Shown: piece by piece, positions 11,007 to 20,334 of the stretch
Layout: every line of letters begins with the position of its first letter
Position numbering within the stretch: position 1 is the first letter of the stretch
Translations under genes and position numbers: made by a program
Notes under the pieces: model-generated
Seen by the model: only the letters and a program-made list of their open reading frames with translations
What the model was told of the DNA's origin: nothing
Databases searched by the model: none
DNA from: Candidatus Poribacteria bacterium
Lineage (GTDB): Bacteria > Poribacteria > WGA-4E > WGA-3G
Reading direction: 5' to 3'
Length of the DNA stretch: 64,000 nucleotides
Assembly (NCBI GenBank): GCA_965205025.1
Contig: CBDBFU010000032.1
Location: 160,001 to 224,000 of the forward strand

Positions 11007-11330
11007 TAGAAAATAGTTACACTTTCACGGTATAAATAATATTTTGTATCGCCCAAGTAATGTGTTATCTTTAGTTTATAATTAGTGAACGATATAGTAT
11101 TGTATCATTTTGTTTGCATTTTGACAATTATATTTAATTTATTTTATGTTATTGTGATATATGTGTGTTAGTTGTTATATGTTTGTATTTTCTTCAAATT
11201 ATTTTAAGTCTTATGGAAAAAGTGTGAAATTAGAATTTGATACAGTTTATATTAAGAACATGTATTTGATCCGTTTCTATTACGTAAATTAATGCCATAA
11301 ACTTTACACACCCTAGTTGTACCTAAAATG

Positions 11331-11360
11331 TTGACAACCTAATACACATTAAGATACACT
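11331..11360 (+). promoter_or_regulatory. sigma70 promoter of the FRG-TPR/MTase unit
   Basis: TTGACA-N18-TACACT. Confidence 0.55.
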
Positions 11361-11378
11361 ATTCTAAACTATTATCGG

Positions 11379-13238
11379 GTGTTTGAACAATTTTCTTTCC
11401 CGTTCTGCCACCCTCCCACTACATCAGAGATAATTCACTGGAATTGGAGAAATTTGCTTAATAAGATAATGAATATCAGTGAAAATAAAAAACTAATTCC
11501 GAGTATTGCTAAACAACTTATCATTGAACTATTCGCTGGACAAACAAAAGAATTAAATGAAATTAAAACTAAAGTTGAAGAAGTACATAAGCAACGAGGT
11601 GGGTTGCCGTTTACGTCTAAGTATCATCCTGTCCAAATAGCACTTACAAAATTGAAGAAAACTGAAGTGGTTGAAAACCCACAACTTGGGTATTGGTCAA
11701 TACCTATTAGGAAACTTGAAGATTTCATAAATTGGGCAAAACAATTTCAGGAAGGTGATTTTGTTTTTAGAGGTGTTCCAAATGAAGCATTCGAAATTCA
11801 AGCATCAGCATCCCTCCGACCACACGTAATTGAACAAATGTACATTGAAAAACAACAAGATGAAGAGAAAAGAAATTATAATAAATACCTTTACATCAAT
11901 AAGGAATTGATTACAAAATCAAAACAGCGAGGTTACGATAAGAAGGACGGCAAGGAATTTAACATATTAGATATACTTGCTGAACTTCAACATTATGGAG
12001 CAGCAACGTGTCTAATAGATTTTACATGTAGTGCACAAATCGCACTCTGGTTTGCTTGTCAACCTTATCAAAAGATTAAGAATGAACATCAAGACAAGAA
12101 AGACAAGAAGAAGGAGACTGAAGACAGCATAAAACATATCAATGGTAAGGTTTATGCGGTGAAGCATGTACCTCCAAGGTCGTCTGGGTTGCCAAAATGT
12201 ATAGAGATTACACCAGAGTTCTTGGAGAAAGATGCTGAAAAAAAGAAAGATATCAGTTATTTTCTTAAAGAAGAGAAGGATGCACCGCTTTATTACTATC
12301 AGCCGAAATATCAGAACCACCGAATTATTGCTCAGCAATCTGTTTTCTTATTTGGACAATACAAGTTCAAAGCAGATAATGAATGTGTCATTGCAGCAGA
12401 TTGCAAAGAAAAAATACTAAATGAACTTCATAAATCATCAGGTCTAACAGAAGACAAGTTGTTTCCTGACTTTGAAGGTTTCGCCACATGGGTGCATAGT
12501 AAGGATTCACCATACACAGAACCTATCCCGTCTGCACTTAAAGCACGAAGTCGTACTGTTTTTGATAAGAGTCATGCAACTGAAATAGAACTCGAAGAGG
12601 TAATTGGGGATTTATCAAGAGCAATTAACAAAGACGATAATGATGTTGAATCATATAACTTACGAGGTAAGGCATATACTCAATTGGAGGATTTTGGCAA
12701 TGCATTAGCGGATTTTGCAGAGGCAGAAAATATAGATCCAGAAGATGCTGAAACTTATTTCAATAGAGCATGTTTATACCAAGAGCAAGGTCAATATCAG
12801 GAAGCCATAAATGATTATGACACAGCAATTAGTAAAAAAGAAGTTTATGGAGAGGCATTTTTTAGGCTTGGGCAGATTAAGTATGAACTTGGTCAGGTGG
12901 AAGAAGCTTTGACAGATTTTACTGAAGCGATTCGGTTAAAACCTAACTTTTTTAATGCATATTATGAACGTGCATTGACATTGAAGGAATTACAGGAATA
13001 TCCTTCTGCACTTGATGACTTTACTATGGCAATTAACCTAAACCCTAATGATATATTTGCTCACTATTATAGATCACAAACTTTGTATTATCTAAAGCAA
13101 GTTAATGATGCAAAACAAGAACTTTTAGTTGCATTAGATCTTGCCAAACAACAAGAAAATGAAGAAATGGTTGCTAAAATTAACGTCGAATTTCAGGACG
13201 TTTTCGGTTATAACCCAAGTGAGGAAGATGATGAATAA
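11379..13238 (+). CDS. FRG-domain protein with N-terminal winged-helix-like region and C-terminal TPRs (start probably ATG 11469)
   Basis: FVFRGV, LQHYGAATCLIDFT..ALWFAC, NHRIIAQQSVF (FRG), then ~6 TPRs. Confidence 0.85.
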   Translation: MFEQFSFPFCHPPTTSEIIHWNWRNLLNKIMNISENKKLIPSIAKQLIIELFAGQTKELNEIKTKVEEVHKQRGGLPFTSKYHPVQIALTKLKKTEVVENPQLGYWSIPIRKLEDFINWAKQFQEGDFVFRGVPNEAFEIQASASLRPHVIEQMYIEKQQDEEKRNYNKYLYINKELITKSKQRGYDKKDGKEFNILDILAELQHYGAATCLIDFTCSAQIALWFACQPYQKIKNEHQDKKDKKKETEDSIKHINGKVYAVKHVPPRSSGLPKCIEITPEFLEKDAEKKKDISYFLKEEKDAPLYYYQPKYQNHRIIAQQSVFLFGQYKFKADNECVIAADCKEKILNELHKSSGLTEDKLFPDFEGFATWVHSKDSPYTEPIPSALKARSRTVFDKSHATEIELEEVIGDLSRAINKDDNDVESYNLRGKAYTQLEDFGNALADFAEAENIDPEDAETYFNRACLYQEQGQYQEAINDYDTAISKKEVYGEAFFRLGQIKYELGQVEEALTDFTEAIRLKPNFFNAYYERALTLKELQEYPSALDDFTMAINLNPNDIFAHYYRSQTLYYLKQVNDAKQELLVALDLAKQQENEEMVAKINVEFQDVFGYNPSEEDDE

Positions 13239-14760
13239 ACTGTATTTGGGAGACAACCTTGACATCTTACAGAAAATCGAAGATGAATCTGTGGATTTAA
13301 TCTGTACAGACCCGCCATTCTACAGTGGATCCTACAATAAAGACTATTTCAGTGTTTCCTCTACTAAGAAAGAAACCATGAAGAAAGTGGAGTTCACGGA
13401 CATCTGGACTTGGGATAAAACAGCAGAAGACACACGAGTTGACATTAAAGAACGAGCTGCAAGTTGTAAAATCTATAATGCCCTCAATGAATGTCTAAGT
13501 GCATACGATATGTTGCTAAGCAATAGTGTGACTGGATCCAAAGGCGTATTGCGGGCATATCTTACTTTTATGGGACCGACACTTGTCGAAATGCACCGAA
13601 TACTCGCTGAAACCGGAAGTATGTATATGCACTGTGATCCTGATATAAGTCACTATCTTAAAGTGTTAATGGATGCTATCTGGAACCATAACAATAAAAA
13701 GGAAAGTAACTCTTTTAAGAATGAAATAGTGTGGTATTATCGTGGTCCTTCACGCGCTTCAAAAAAATACCTAAAAATGCACGATATTATTCTGTTCTAT
13801 ACAAAAACTGAAAATTATGTTTTCACTACACCTAAACCTGTGTATGAAAACGAGCTTTTTCGTCAAGATATAGTAAAAGATAAAATAGACAGAAAAACGG
13901 ATCCTATAAAAGATGATAATGAGAAATTTAAAAGAATTCGTACAAGAACAGACGATGCATTCTTGCGTGATGTTTGGGATGATATTGGCACTCTTTCCTT
14001 AGCGTTTGCCGAACATCGGGGTTATCCCACACAAAAGCCAAGTCTACTTTATAAACGTATGATAGAAACGTCCTCAGAAGATGGATCCGTGGTATTAGAC
14101 CCGTTCTGCGGCTGTGGTACTACGCTTGATGCTGCGCAAGCACTCAAACGGAAATGGATAGGTATTGATAGCTCAATTATTGCATTGGATGTGACAGAGC
14201 ATCGTCTCAAAGATAAGTACAGTTTAAAACCATCAGAAGATTACGAGATAGTGGGATTTCCAACAAACTTCAAGAATGTGAAAGATCTCGCCAGTAAAGA
14301 AACCAAGCATAAAATATTATCATATTGGGCAGCAACACGGCTTAATCTTACGCCAACTAAAAATGCCGACAATGAAGTGGACATTACATTATGGTCATTG
14401 AGAGATGAGAAAAGAAAAGATGTGCGGATAGCTGCTGAAGTTAAAGTTGGGAAACCAAGTCCAGATCAGGTTCGTCAACTTCAGAAATTTATTGAGAATG
14501 ATACTGCAGATATAGTTATATTGATTACGCTTGAACCTGTCACCACCGAAATGCGCGAAATAGCTGACAAAATTGAAAAGTTCAAGTATAAAGGACTCTC
14601 ATTTCCACGACTTCAGTTTTGGCAAATCACAGAAAAGTTTTTTGATGATCCTGACTCAATCTATGACGAACTAAAAATACCTGGGAAGTTACGCTTTAAA
14701 CCGAGAAAGAAAGGCGATCGACGTTTTCCCGATATTCAATTTGATACAGATATGAAGTGA
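13228..14760 (+). CDS. Beta-class N6A/N4C DNA methyltransferase with C-terminal Mrr-like/PD-(D/E)XK region
   Basis: LYLGDNL, DLICTDPPF, YPTQKP, VLDPFCGCGTT; tail DNEVDI...AEVKVGK..VRQL. ATG 13228/13231 follows GAGGAA and overlaps the FRG stop. Confidence 0.88.
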   Translation: MMNKLYLGDNLDILQKIEDESVDLICTDPPFYSGSYNKDYFSVSSTKKETMKKVEFTDIWTWDKTAEDTRVDIKERAASCKIYNALNECLSAYDMLLSNSVTGSKGVLRAYLTFMGPTLVEMHRILAETGSMYMHCDPDISHYLKVLMDAIWNHNNKKESNSFKNEIVWYYRGPSRASKKYLKMHDIILFYTKTENYVFTTPKPVYENELFRQDIVKDKIDRKTDPIKDDNEKFKRIRTRTDDAFLRDVWDDIGTLSLAFAEHRGYPTQKPSLLYKRMIETSSEDGSVVLDPFCGCGTTLDAAQALKRKWIGIDSSIIALDVTEHRLKDKYSLKPSEDYEIVGFPTNFKNVKDLASKETKHKILSYWAATRLNLTPTKNADNEVDITLWSLRDEKRKDVRIAAEVKVGKPSPDQVRQLQKFIENDTADIVILITLEPVTTEMREIADKIEKFKYKGLSFPRLQFWQITEKFFDDPDSIYDELKIPGKLRFKPRKKGDRRFPDIQFDTDMK

Positions 14761-15064
14761 TTCTGACAACAATCTTGCTCGTATTAAGTGTCAATCCGCT
14801 ATTTTGTTAGACAGAATACTCATATTTACAATATATAGTTATTGTTCCCAACACCAAAGCCACCCTACTCATCGGGAACAATCGGTTATAGTAACACCAT
14901 CATATCCACACCAACCAGATCCACAAACATAAAGTAAATAGTCAAAATAAAAGACTGAAATCATATCAATGTGAGTTGCTGACATTACGTGTGGTTTATT
15001 ACCAAATAGTATTGTTATCATCAATTTTAGAGTATACCCATTCATCCTATCCTGTTTCTCAAAA

Positions 15065-15093
15065 TTGACATAGTGAATAACACATGATAAACT
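15065..15093 (+). promoter_or_regulatory. sigma70 promoter of mod
   Basis: TTGACA-N17-TAAACT with TG extension. Confidence 0.6.
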
Positions 15094-15157
15094 AACACAG
15101 ACAATCAGAACAGCATACTTTCAGCAGTTGAATTTGCTCAGAAGGGACACCACCAAA

Positions 15158-17074
15158 ATGTCAACACAGGACTTTAACGAAAAACTGACCGCACTCCTCA
15201 AAACCAACCCCGACTTTACTGACGAATCAGGTGAACTACTCCCCGCTACAGTCAAAGACCATGCATGGAAACTCAACCATAACCTTATCAGGCTGTTGCT
15301 TACCGACTCAGAAATAAAAACAACCTTTTTTGACGAAATTGATGAACATTGGGTTTTCAACCACAACAAATTTATTGACTACATTTCTGCTAAGAACTTC
15401 CTTGCCAACTCCTACACCCAATTCCGCAACAAAATCGGCTTAAATATAGACGGCAAATTCCTCCGTGAACGCGGTGAAGTTTCACTCGTATGGCCCTATA
15501 AAGATTGTATACTTGAAGGTGGCCAAACAAAAGAAGAGGAAAAACGCAAAGAGATATTCTTCAACGAAATCCTTGCACAAGACGAAATCAACCGGATGTT
15601 TGACCCGAAGGTGCTTACTAACTGGAAACGACACACCACTACGGGTGAACAAGACGTAACAGACATCCAACGTGATGACCACGGTACAATTCGCGAAAAC
15701 CTCATCATCAAAGGCAATAATCTAATTGCACTCCACACCCTCAAACAGCAATTCCGCAGACAAGTCAAACTGATTTACATTGACCCACCATATAATCCAA
15801 ACAGTCCGTCAAATACTTTTATGTATAACAATAGTTTCAAGCGTTCGTCGTGGTTAACCTTTATGAGAAACAGATTAGAAGTGGCTAAAGAGTTGTTAAG
15901 AAAAGATGGAAGTATGATTGTTGCAATTGATGAAAACGAACAGAATTATCTTGGGGTTTTGTTAGATGAAGTATTTCCAAAACGCGAAAAACACTGTATC
16001 ACTATAGTTCATAACCCACGTGGTGTACAAGGTACAAATTTCTCATATATTCACGAGTATGCATTTTTTGTTATTCCTAAAGGTGAAAAAGTAATTGGTG
16101 ATAGAGAGATTCCCATTGAAGAAATTACTTGGAATAACTTTAGAAATTGGGGTGGTGAATCAAGACGTGAAGATGCCGAAAATTGTTTCTATCCAGTGAT
16201 AGTAGAAAATGACAATGTTGTCGGATTTGGGGACGTACTTGAAGATGATGAACATCCATCCGCTCAAACAGTGCAACATGATGACAAGTTTTTTATATAT
16301 CCAATAGATAAAAACGATATTGAAAGAAAATGGAGATATGCTAGACAAAGTGTAGATGAAATCAAACATTTGTTACGACCAAAAAAGGTAGATAGAGGTT
16401 ATGAAATTCACCTTGGTAAAGATTTTGGCATGTATAAAACCGTTTGGATAGATAAGAAATACGATGCTAATAAATATGGAACCCAACTTGTTAAAGAACT
16501 CGTGCCAGGATGTAATTTTGATTTCCCAAAATCGCTTTGGAATGTTTATGACTGTTTGCTCGCAGCAGTGGAAAATGACAAAGATGCTATTATACTCGAC
16601 TTCTTTGGTGGAAGCGGCACTACTGCCCATGCTGTGTTGGAACTAAATAAAGATGGTGGCAACCGCAAATTCATTATTTGCGAACAAATGCATTATGTTG
16701 AAACTGTAACAAGAAAACGCGTCAATAAAGTCATAGAACAAAATAATTGCGATGACTTTATCTATTGCGAACTGATGCTATACAACCAAGCCTATATGGA
16801 CAAAATTCAAAACGTACAATCCTCCGAAGAACTTGTAGCACTCTGGAAAGAAATCGCTGAAAACTCCTTCCTCAACTGGTATGTCAACGAAGCAACACCC
16901 CAAGATGCAATAGGCGATTTCATCGCTATCGACAACCTTGATGCACAGAAACACTGCTTAGTAGAACTATTGGATAAAAACCAACTCTATGTTAACCTCT
17001 CAGAAATAGAGGACGCGGATTTTGAGGTAAGTGGGGATGATAAGGATTTAAATAAGAAGTTTTATGGAGAATAA
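15158..17074 (+). CDS. mod: Type III restriction-modification methyltransferase (Mod)
   Basis: YTQFRNKIGL, NLIIKGNNLIAL, LIYIDPPYN, FPKS, ILDFFGGSGTT, C-terminal LLDKNQLYVNLSEIED. Confidence 0.9.
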   Translation: MSTQDFNEKLTALLKTNPDFTDESGELLPATVKDHAWKLNHNLIRLLLTDSEIKTTFFDEIDEHWVFNHNKFIDYISAKNFLANSYTQFRNKIGLNIDGKFLRERGEVSLVWPYKDCILEGGQTKEEEKRKEIFFNEILAQDEINRMFDPKVLTNWKRHTTTGEQDVTDIQRDDHGTIRENLIIKGNNLIALHTLKQQFRRQVKLIYIDPPYNPNSPSNTFMYNNSFKRSSWLTFMRNRLEVAKELLRKDGSMIVAIDENEQNYLGVLLDEVFPKREKHCITIVHNPRGVQGTNFSYIHEYAFFVIPKGEKVIGDREIPIEEITWNNFRNWGGESRREDAENCFYPVIVENDNVVGFGDVLEDDEHPSAQTVQHDDKFFIYPIDKNDIERKWRYARQSVDEIKHLLRPKKVDRGYEIHLGKDFGMYKTVWIDKKYDANKYGTQLVKELVPGCNFDFPKSLWNVYDCLLAAVENDKDAIILDFFGGSGTTAHAVLELNKDGGNRKFIICEQMHYVETVTRKRVNKVIEQNNCDDFIYCELMLYNQAYMDKIQNVQSSEELVALWKEIAENSFLNWYVNEATPQDAIGDFIAIDNLDAQKHCLVELLDKNQLYVNLSEIEDADFEVSGDDKDLNKKFYGE

Positions 17075-17891
17075 ACAAACCACAATACGACACTATTTTG
17101 TAGACGAGGGAGGCGATGGTGTCCTCTTTTCACGGAAGGGAAAGGCACTTGTAGGTACGGAGGGATGTTCCCGATTTTTCATACTTGGATTACTGAATGT
17201 ATTAGATCCAAAAACGTTGAAGGATAATTTTGACGAATTGCGATCAAGACTAATGGGTGATACCTATTTCAAGAATGTTCCATCCATGCAACTATCCGAG
17301 CGAAAAACGGCACTTGCCTTTCACGCTAAAGATGATTTACCTGAGGTTCGAAGAGATGTTTTCAGACTCTTGCGCGACACGGAGGGATTGCGCTTTTTCG
17401 CTGTCGTTGCTGATAAACTAAACGTACTTGAATACGTGCGTCAACGCAACAAACGAGAACCCGATTACCGTTATCACCCTAACGAACTTTACGACTATTT
17501 GACAGGACGACTGTTGAAAGAAAGACTGAGTCAACATGATAGGTATGATATTATTTTTTCAAAACGAGGAAAATCTGATAGACTCACCGCTTTGCGCCAG
17601 TTGGTTGAGACTGCACACACCGATCTTGATACACAGCAGAACATGCGTGAAGATGTTACCATCAACGTATCTGCCGCAACGCCAAAGGAGCATGCAGGTT
17701 TGCAAGCCGTTGACTATTTTGTTTGGGCATTACAGAGACTCTATGAGCGAGGTGAAGATCGATATTTGGCATATCTATGGGAGGCATTTCGGCTTGTGCA
17801 TGATATTGACGACGCGCGGGAATCAAATCAGGGTGTCTATTACACACAAAAGACACCTCTGACTGCGCCAGCCTTGAAGTGGAGAGGATAA
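17064..17891 (+). CDS. DUF3800 domain protein (RNase H-like acidic motifs)
   Basis: N-terminal YFVDEGGD, central FHAKDD, C-terminal GLQAVDYFVWA; start overlaps the mod stop by 11 nt. Confidence 0.8.
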   Translation: MENKQTTIRHYFVDEGGDGVLFSRKGKALVGTEGCSRFFILGLLNVLDPKTLKDNFDELRSRLMGDTYFKNVPSMQLSERKTALAFHAKDDLPEVRRDVFRLLRDTEGLRFFAVVADKLNVLEYVRQRNKREPDYRYHPNELYDYLTGRLLKERLSQHDRYDIIFSKRGKSDRLTALRQLVETAHTDLDTQQNMREDVTINVSAATPKEHAGLQAVDYFVWALQRLYERGEDRYLAYLWEAFRLVHDIDDARESNQGVYYTQKTPLTAPALKWRG

Positions 17892-17966
17892 AAACACCAG
17901 GGATATAGGATTGCACGAACCGCAGCCCGGCAATCACGCGGCATGGAGCCGCATTTCATCCCTGGC
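17890..17966 (-). ncRNA. Structured small RNA (three-way junction) convergent with the DUF3800 gene
   Basis: GCCAGGGAU/AUCCCUGGU closing stem, UGCGGC-UCCAU-GCCGCG hairpin, GAUUGC-CGGGC-UGCG-GUUCG-U-GCAAUC hairpin, 3' GUUUUU, promoter immediately upstream. Confidence 0.7.
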
Positions 17967-17972
17967 AATTAC

Positions 17973-18002
17973 ATTATAGTATAAAAGTTAAGTAAGAGTC
18001 AA
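17973..18002 (-). promoter_or_regulatory. sigma70 promoter for the small RNA
   Basis: Minus strand TTGACT-N18-TATAAT; predicted start ~17966, the first base of the closing stem. Confidence 0.65.
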
Positions 18003-18043
18003 GTAATTTTTCGGAGGGGTGTGTAAAGTAATTGTCACCGTTT

Positions 18044-18088
18044 TTGTCTGAATCGCTGATTACGCTGAGAACGCGGAAGACGCGGAAG
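18044..18088 (+). repeat. TTGTCTGAATC followed by degenerate 9-nt tandem units
   Basis: TTGTCTGAATC-GCTGATTAC-GCTGAGAAC-GCGGAAGAC-GCGGAAG; inverted relative at 27896-27930. Confidence 0.55.
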
Positions 18089-18195
18089 TGTATTTTGGGA
18101 ATTTCAAGGTATTTTTCTGAAATAGAGGATTCGGATTTTGGGGTGAGTGATGATGATAAGAGGTTGAATTAGGCGTTTTATGGAGATTATAGAAG

Positions 18196-19650
18196 GTGAC
18201 AGAAATGACTGAAGAGAGAAAAGAAGAACTAAAGCAGTTGCTTGAAGAAGCATTGGAGAATTTGGAAATACGACCCTATAGTGGATTTGAAGGGATATCT
18301 ATATTTCTCAATGCATATAAAAGGCACCTGCAACAAGTCTGGACATCTTATTCACAGAATTCTTTATGGATTGTGACGCATTTTTCACTTGACATTCGTG
18401 GAAATATAAAATCAAAATTACTTGACTTCATGAGAATGGAGTTAGATTCATTTATCCATGAAGACAAAATTCTATCCGCTACATTTTATGTATGTGATGG
18501 TGGTGATTGGAAAGGAACACCATTGGAAACTTTTTTAGATCATCTTTTGAAAATTACTATTTTTCAAGGAACTGACGGGGCAGTATCCAATCTTGAAAAG
18601 CATACTAAAGAAATACAAGGTTCTTTTCAAATCATAACCTTACTTGAAGGAATAAAAATAGATGAAAAAATTCAAGTCTTTGAGGGAATACACCTTACTC
18701 CTCTTCCGAGTTCAGTAGAGGAGTTTCCAACCTATTTTGGAAATAATATTACTGCTAAAATACCACATAATGTGATCGGAAAAACACTACTCGTTATTGA
18801 TTTTACTATATTTCCAATATTTCACAAACCCTCTTCTCTCGTTAAAGGACCAGATGAATCTGTCTCGTACGTATTGCACCTTCCCGGATTCGGATCACCC
18901 GTTCCAAATTACGTTCCGGTGGAATGGGCTAAGCAAAGAGAACGGTTCAAGGTTGAGGTAGATGGAGGTAAATTTCCTGACTTTAAAGAGGCAGACTTCA
19001 ATGACAAATTCTGTGAAGCCTTGTCTTTAGCCTGTAACTCGGCTGTTGAATTTTCGATGAGATGGAAATTTATAGTGCCACATGAGTTATTTCACGCGGG
19101 CTTTTCTCCTAGCACATCTTATGTACAAAGAGCATTTGGAGATTCTATTCAGGTCGGTGAGGTGCATATAGATAAAGCTAAAGATCTGTATAAAGCCTTA
19201 GTTAATCCTGCTTCAAACGTTGGAACCAAATTGCAGATACCGATTGATAGATGGATAAAATCCAAAACATCAAAAACTCCAGTTGATAAAATCATTGACT
19301 TAGGCATAGCCCTTGAAGCACTCTATTTATCAGAAGGCACCAAAGAACAATTGACGCTTCAATTCCGTCTACGTGCTTCGTGGTACTTGGGAAAAGATAA
19401 AGAACATAGAAAAAGGTTAATAGATGAGTTTAAGTCAATATATAACTTGCGTTCCCAAGCTGTTCACAGTGGAAAGATTCCCGATGAGATTAAGATTAAA
19501 AAAGGTGAGAACCCCACTACTACATCAGAATTCATTACAAGAGCACAAGACCTATGTCGGGACTCAATACTAAAGATTCTGGAAGATGGAGAATTCCCCG
19601 ATTGGAACAACTTGATACTTGGTGAAGAGTCTTGTACCACAAACTGTTAG
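18196..19650 (+). CDS. ApeA-like HEPN domain protein (putative RNase)
   Basis: C-terminal IIDLGIALEALY...FRLRASWYL...IYNLRSQAVHSG (RxxxxH). Confidence 0.75.
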   Translation: MTEMTEERKEELKQLLEEALENLEIRPYSGFEGISIFLNAYKRHLQQVWTSYSQNSLWIVTHFSLDIRGNIKSKLLDFMRMELDSFIHEDKILSATFYVCDGGDWKGTPLETFLDHLLKITIFQGTDGAVSNLEKHTKEIQGSFQIITLLEGIKIDEKIQVFEGIHLTPLPSSVEEFPTYFGNNITAKIPHNVIGKTLLVIDFTIFPIFHKPSSLVKGPDESVSYVLHLPGFGSPVPNYVPVEWAKQRERFKVEVDGGKFPDFKEADFNDKFCEALSLACNSAVEFSMRWKFIVPHELFHAGFSPSTSYVQRAFGDSIQVGEVHIDKAKDLYKALVNPASNVGTKLQIPIDRWIKSKTSKTPVDKIIDLGIALEALYLSEGTKEQLTLQFRLRASWYLGKDKEHRKRLIDEFKSIYNLRSQAVHSGKIPDEIKIKKGENPTTTSEFITRAQDLCRDSILKILEDGEFPDWNNLILGEESCTTNC

Positions 19651-19653
19651 TGT

Positions 19654-20334
19654 GTGCATATTAGTACGCAACTTAGGTTATTCAAAAAACAAATAATGCT
19701 TACACAAAACCAACAAACGGTATATAATTGGATAAACGGCGAGCTTGAGTTCCCAGTCTATGCTGCAGCATACAAAGGAGCATTAGAACAACTAAACAAC
19801 AAATCACCGGGCTACATTACGTTCGTATCCCATGCCGGAAGGGATTTGATGAACGGTCTTGCTACTGCAGTAAATAGGATCACGAGTGAATATGTTCAAT
19901 ATGTCCATCTTGTAAATGAATTCCAAGACAATTGGAAAGATGAATGGGGAGGAGAAAGGAACAATATCACAGAAACTAACGATGAAAACGGACATCTGAT
20001 CCCTAATGAAATCTGTAAGAAGATCAAAAAATTAGTTGATGACCACAAAGAAGGCCGTCTCAGAGCTGAAGAGATAGATAGTTCTTTTTTTACCACTTTT
20101 CTGGATTATCCTAATAAAGAGAGTATTCCGGAGGACTTATCTCAAGAATGGAGGCGCGCCAGAAGTTGGTTTGTTGGTCATGCACACTTACGTAAGAAGC
20201 AGTTTTCCATAAGAACTTATGATGAAGTGGAAATGCATTTTCAAAACCTTCATAGTTTTTTATACGCTGCTGCAGCAAGCGAAATTGATCAGTTAAGGAG
20301 TATCCATGAAATCTTGGACGAAGCCAACCGATGA
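19654..20334 (+). CDS. Hypothetical protein, possible divergent HEPN-like nuclease
   Basis: SHAGRDLMN and WFVGHAH motifs in a helical protein; overlaps the next gene by 29 nt. Confidence 0.5.
   Translation: MHISTQLRLFKKQIMLTQNQQTVYNWINGELEFPVYAAAYKGALEQLNNKSPGYITFVSHAGRDLMNGLATAVNRITSEYVQYVHLVNEFQDNWKDEWGGERNNITETNDENGHLIPNEICKKIKKLVDDHKEGRLRAEEIDSSFFTTFLDYPNKESIPEDLSQEWRRARSWFVGHAHLRKKQFSIRTYDEVEMHFQNLHSFLYAAAASEIDQLRSIHEILDEANR

Noticed and set aside
14841-14882. ATTGTTCCC...GGGAACAAT inverted repeat as an attC site or ncRNA
   Set aside because: Single occurrence, no integrase, no supporting promoter.
17890-17966. tRNA gene
   Set aside because: tRNA-sized and contains GGTTCG, but has only three helices, no D-arm, no canonical T-loop and no CCA end.
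18044-18088. CRISPR array
   Set aside because: 9-nt degenerate units with no spacers; no cas genes in the window.
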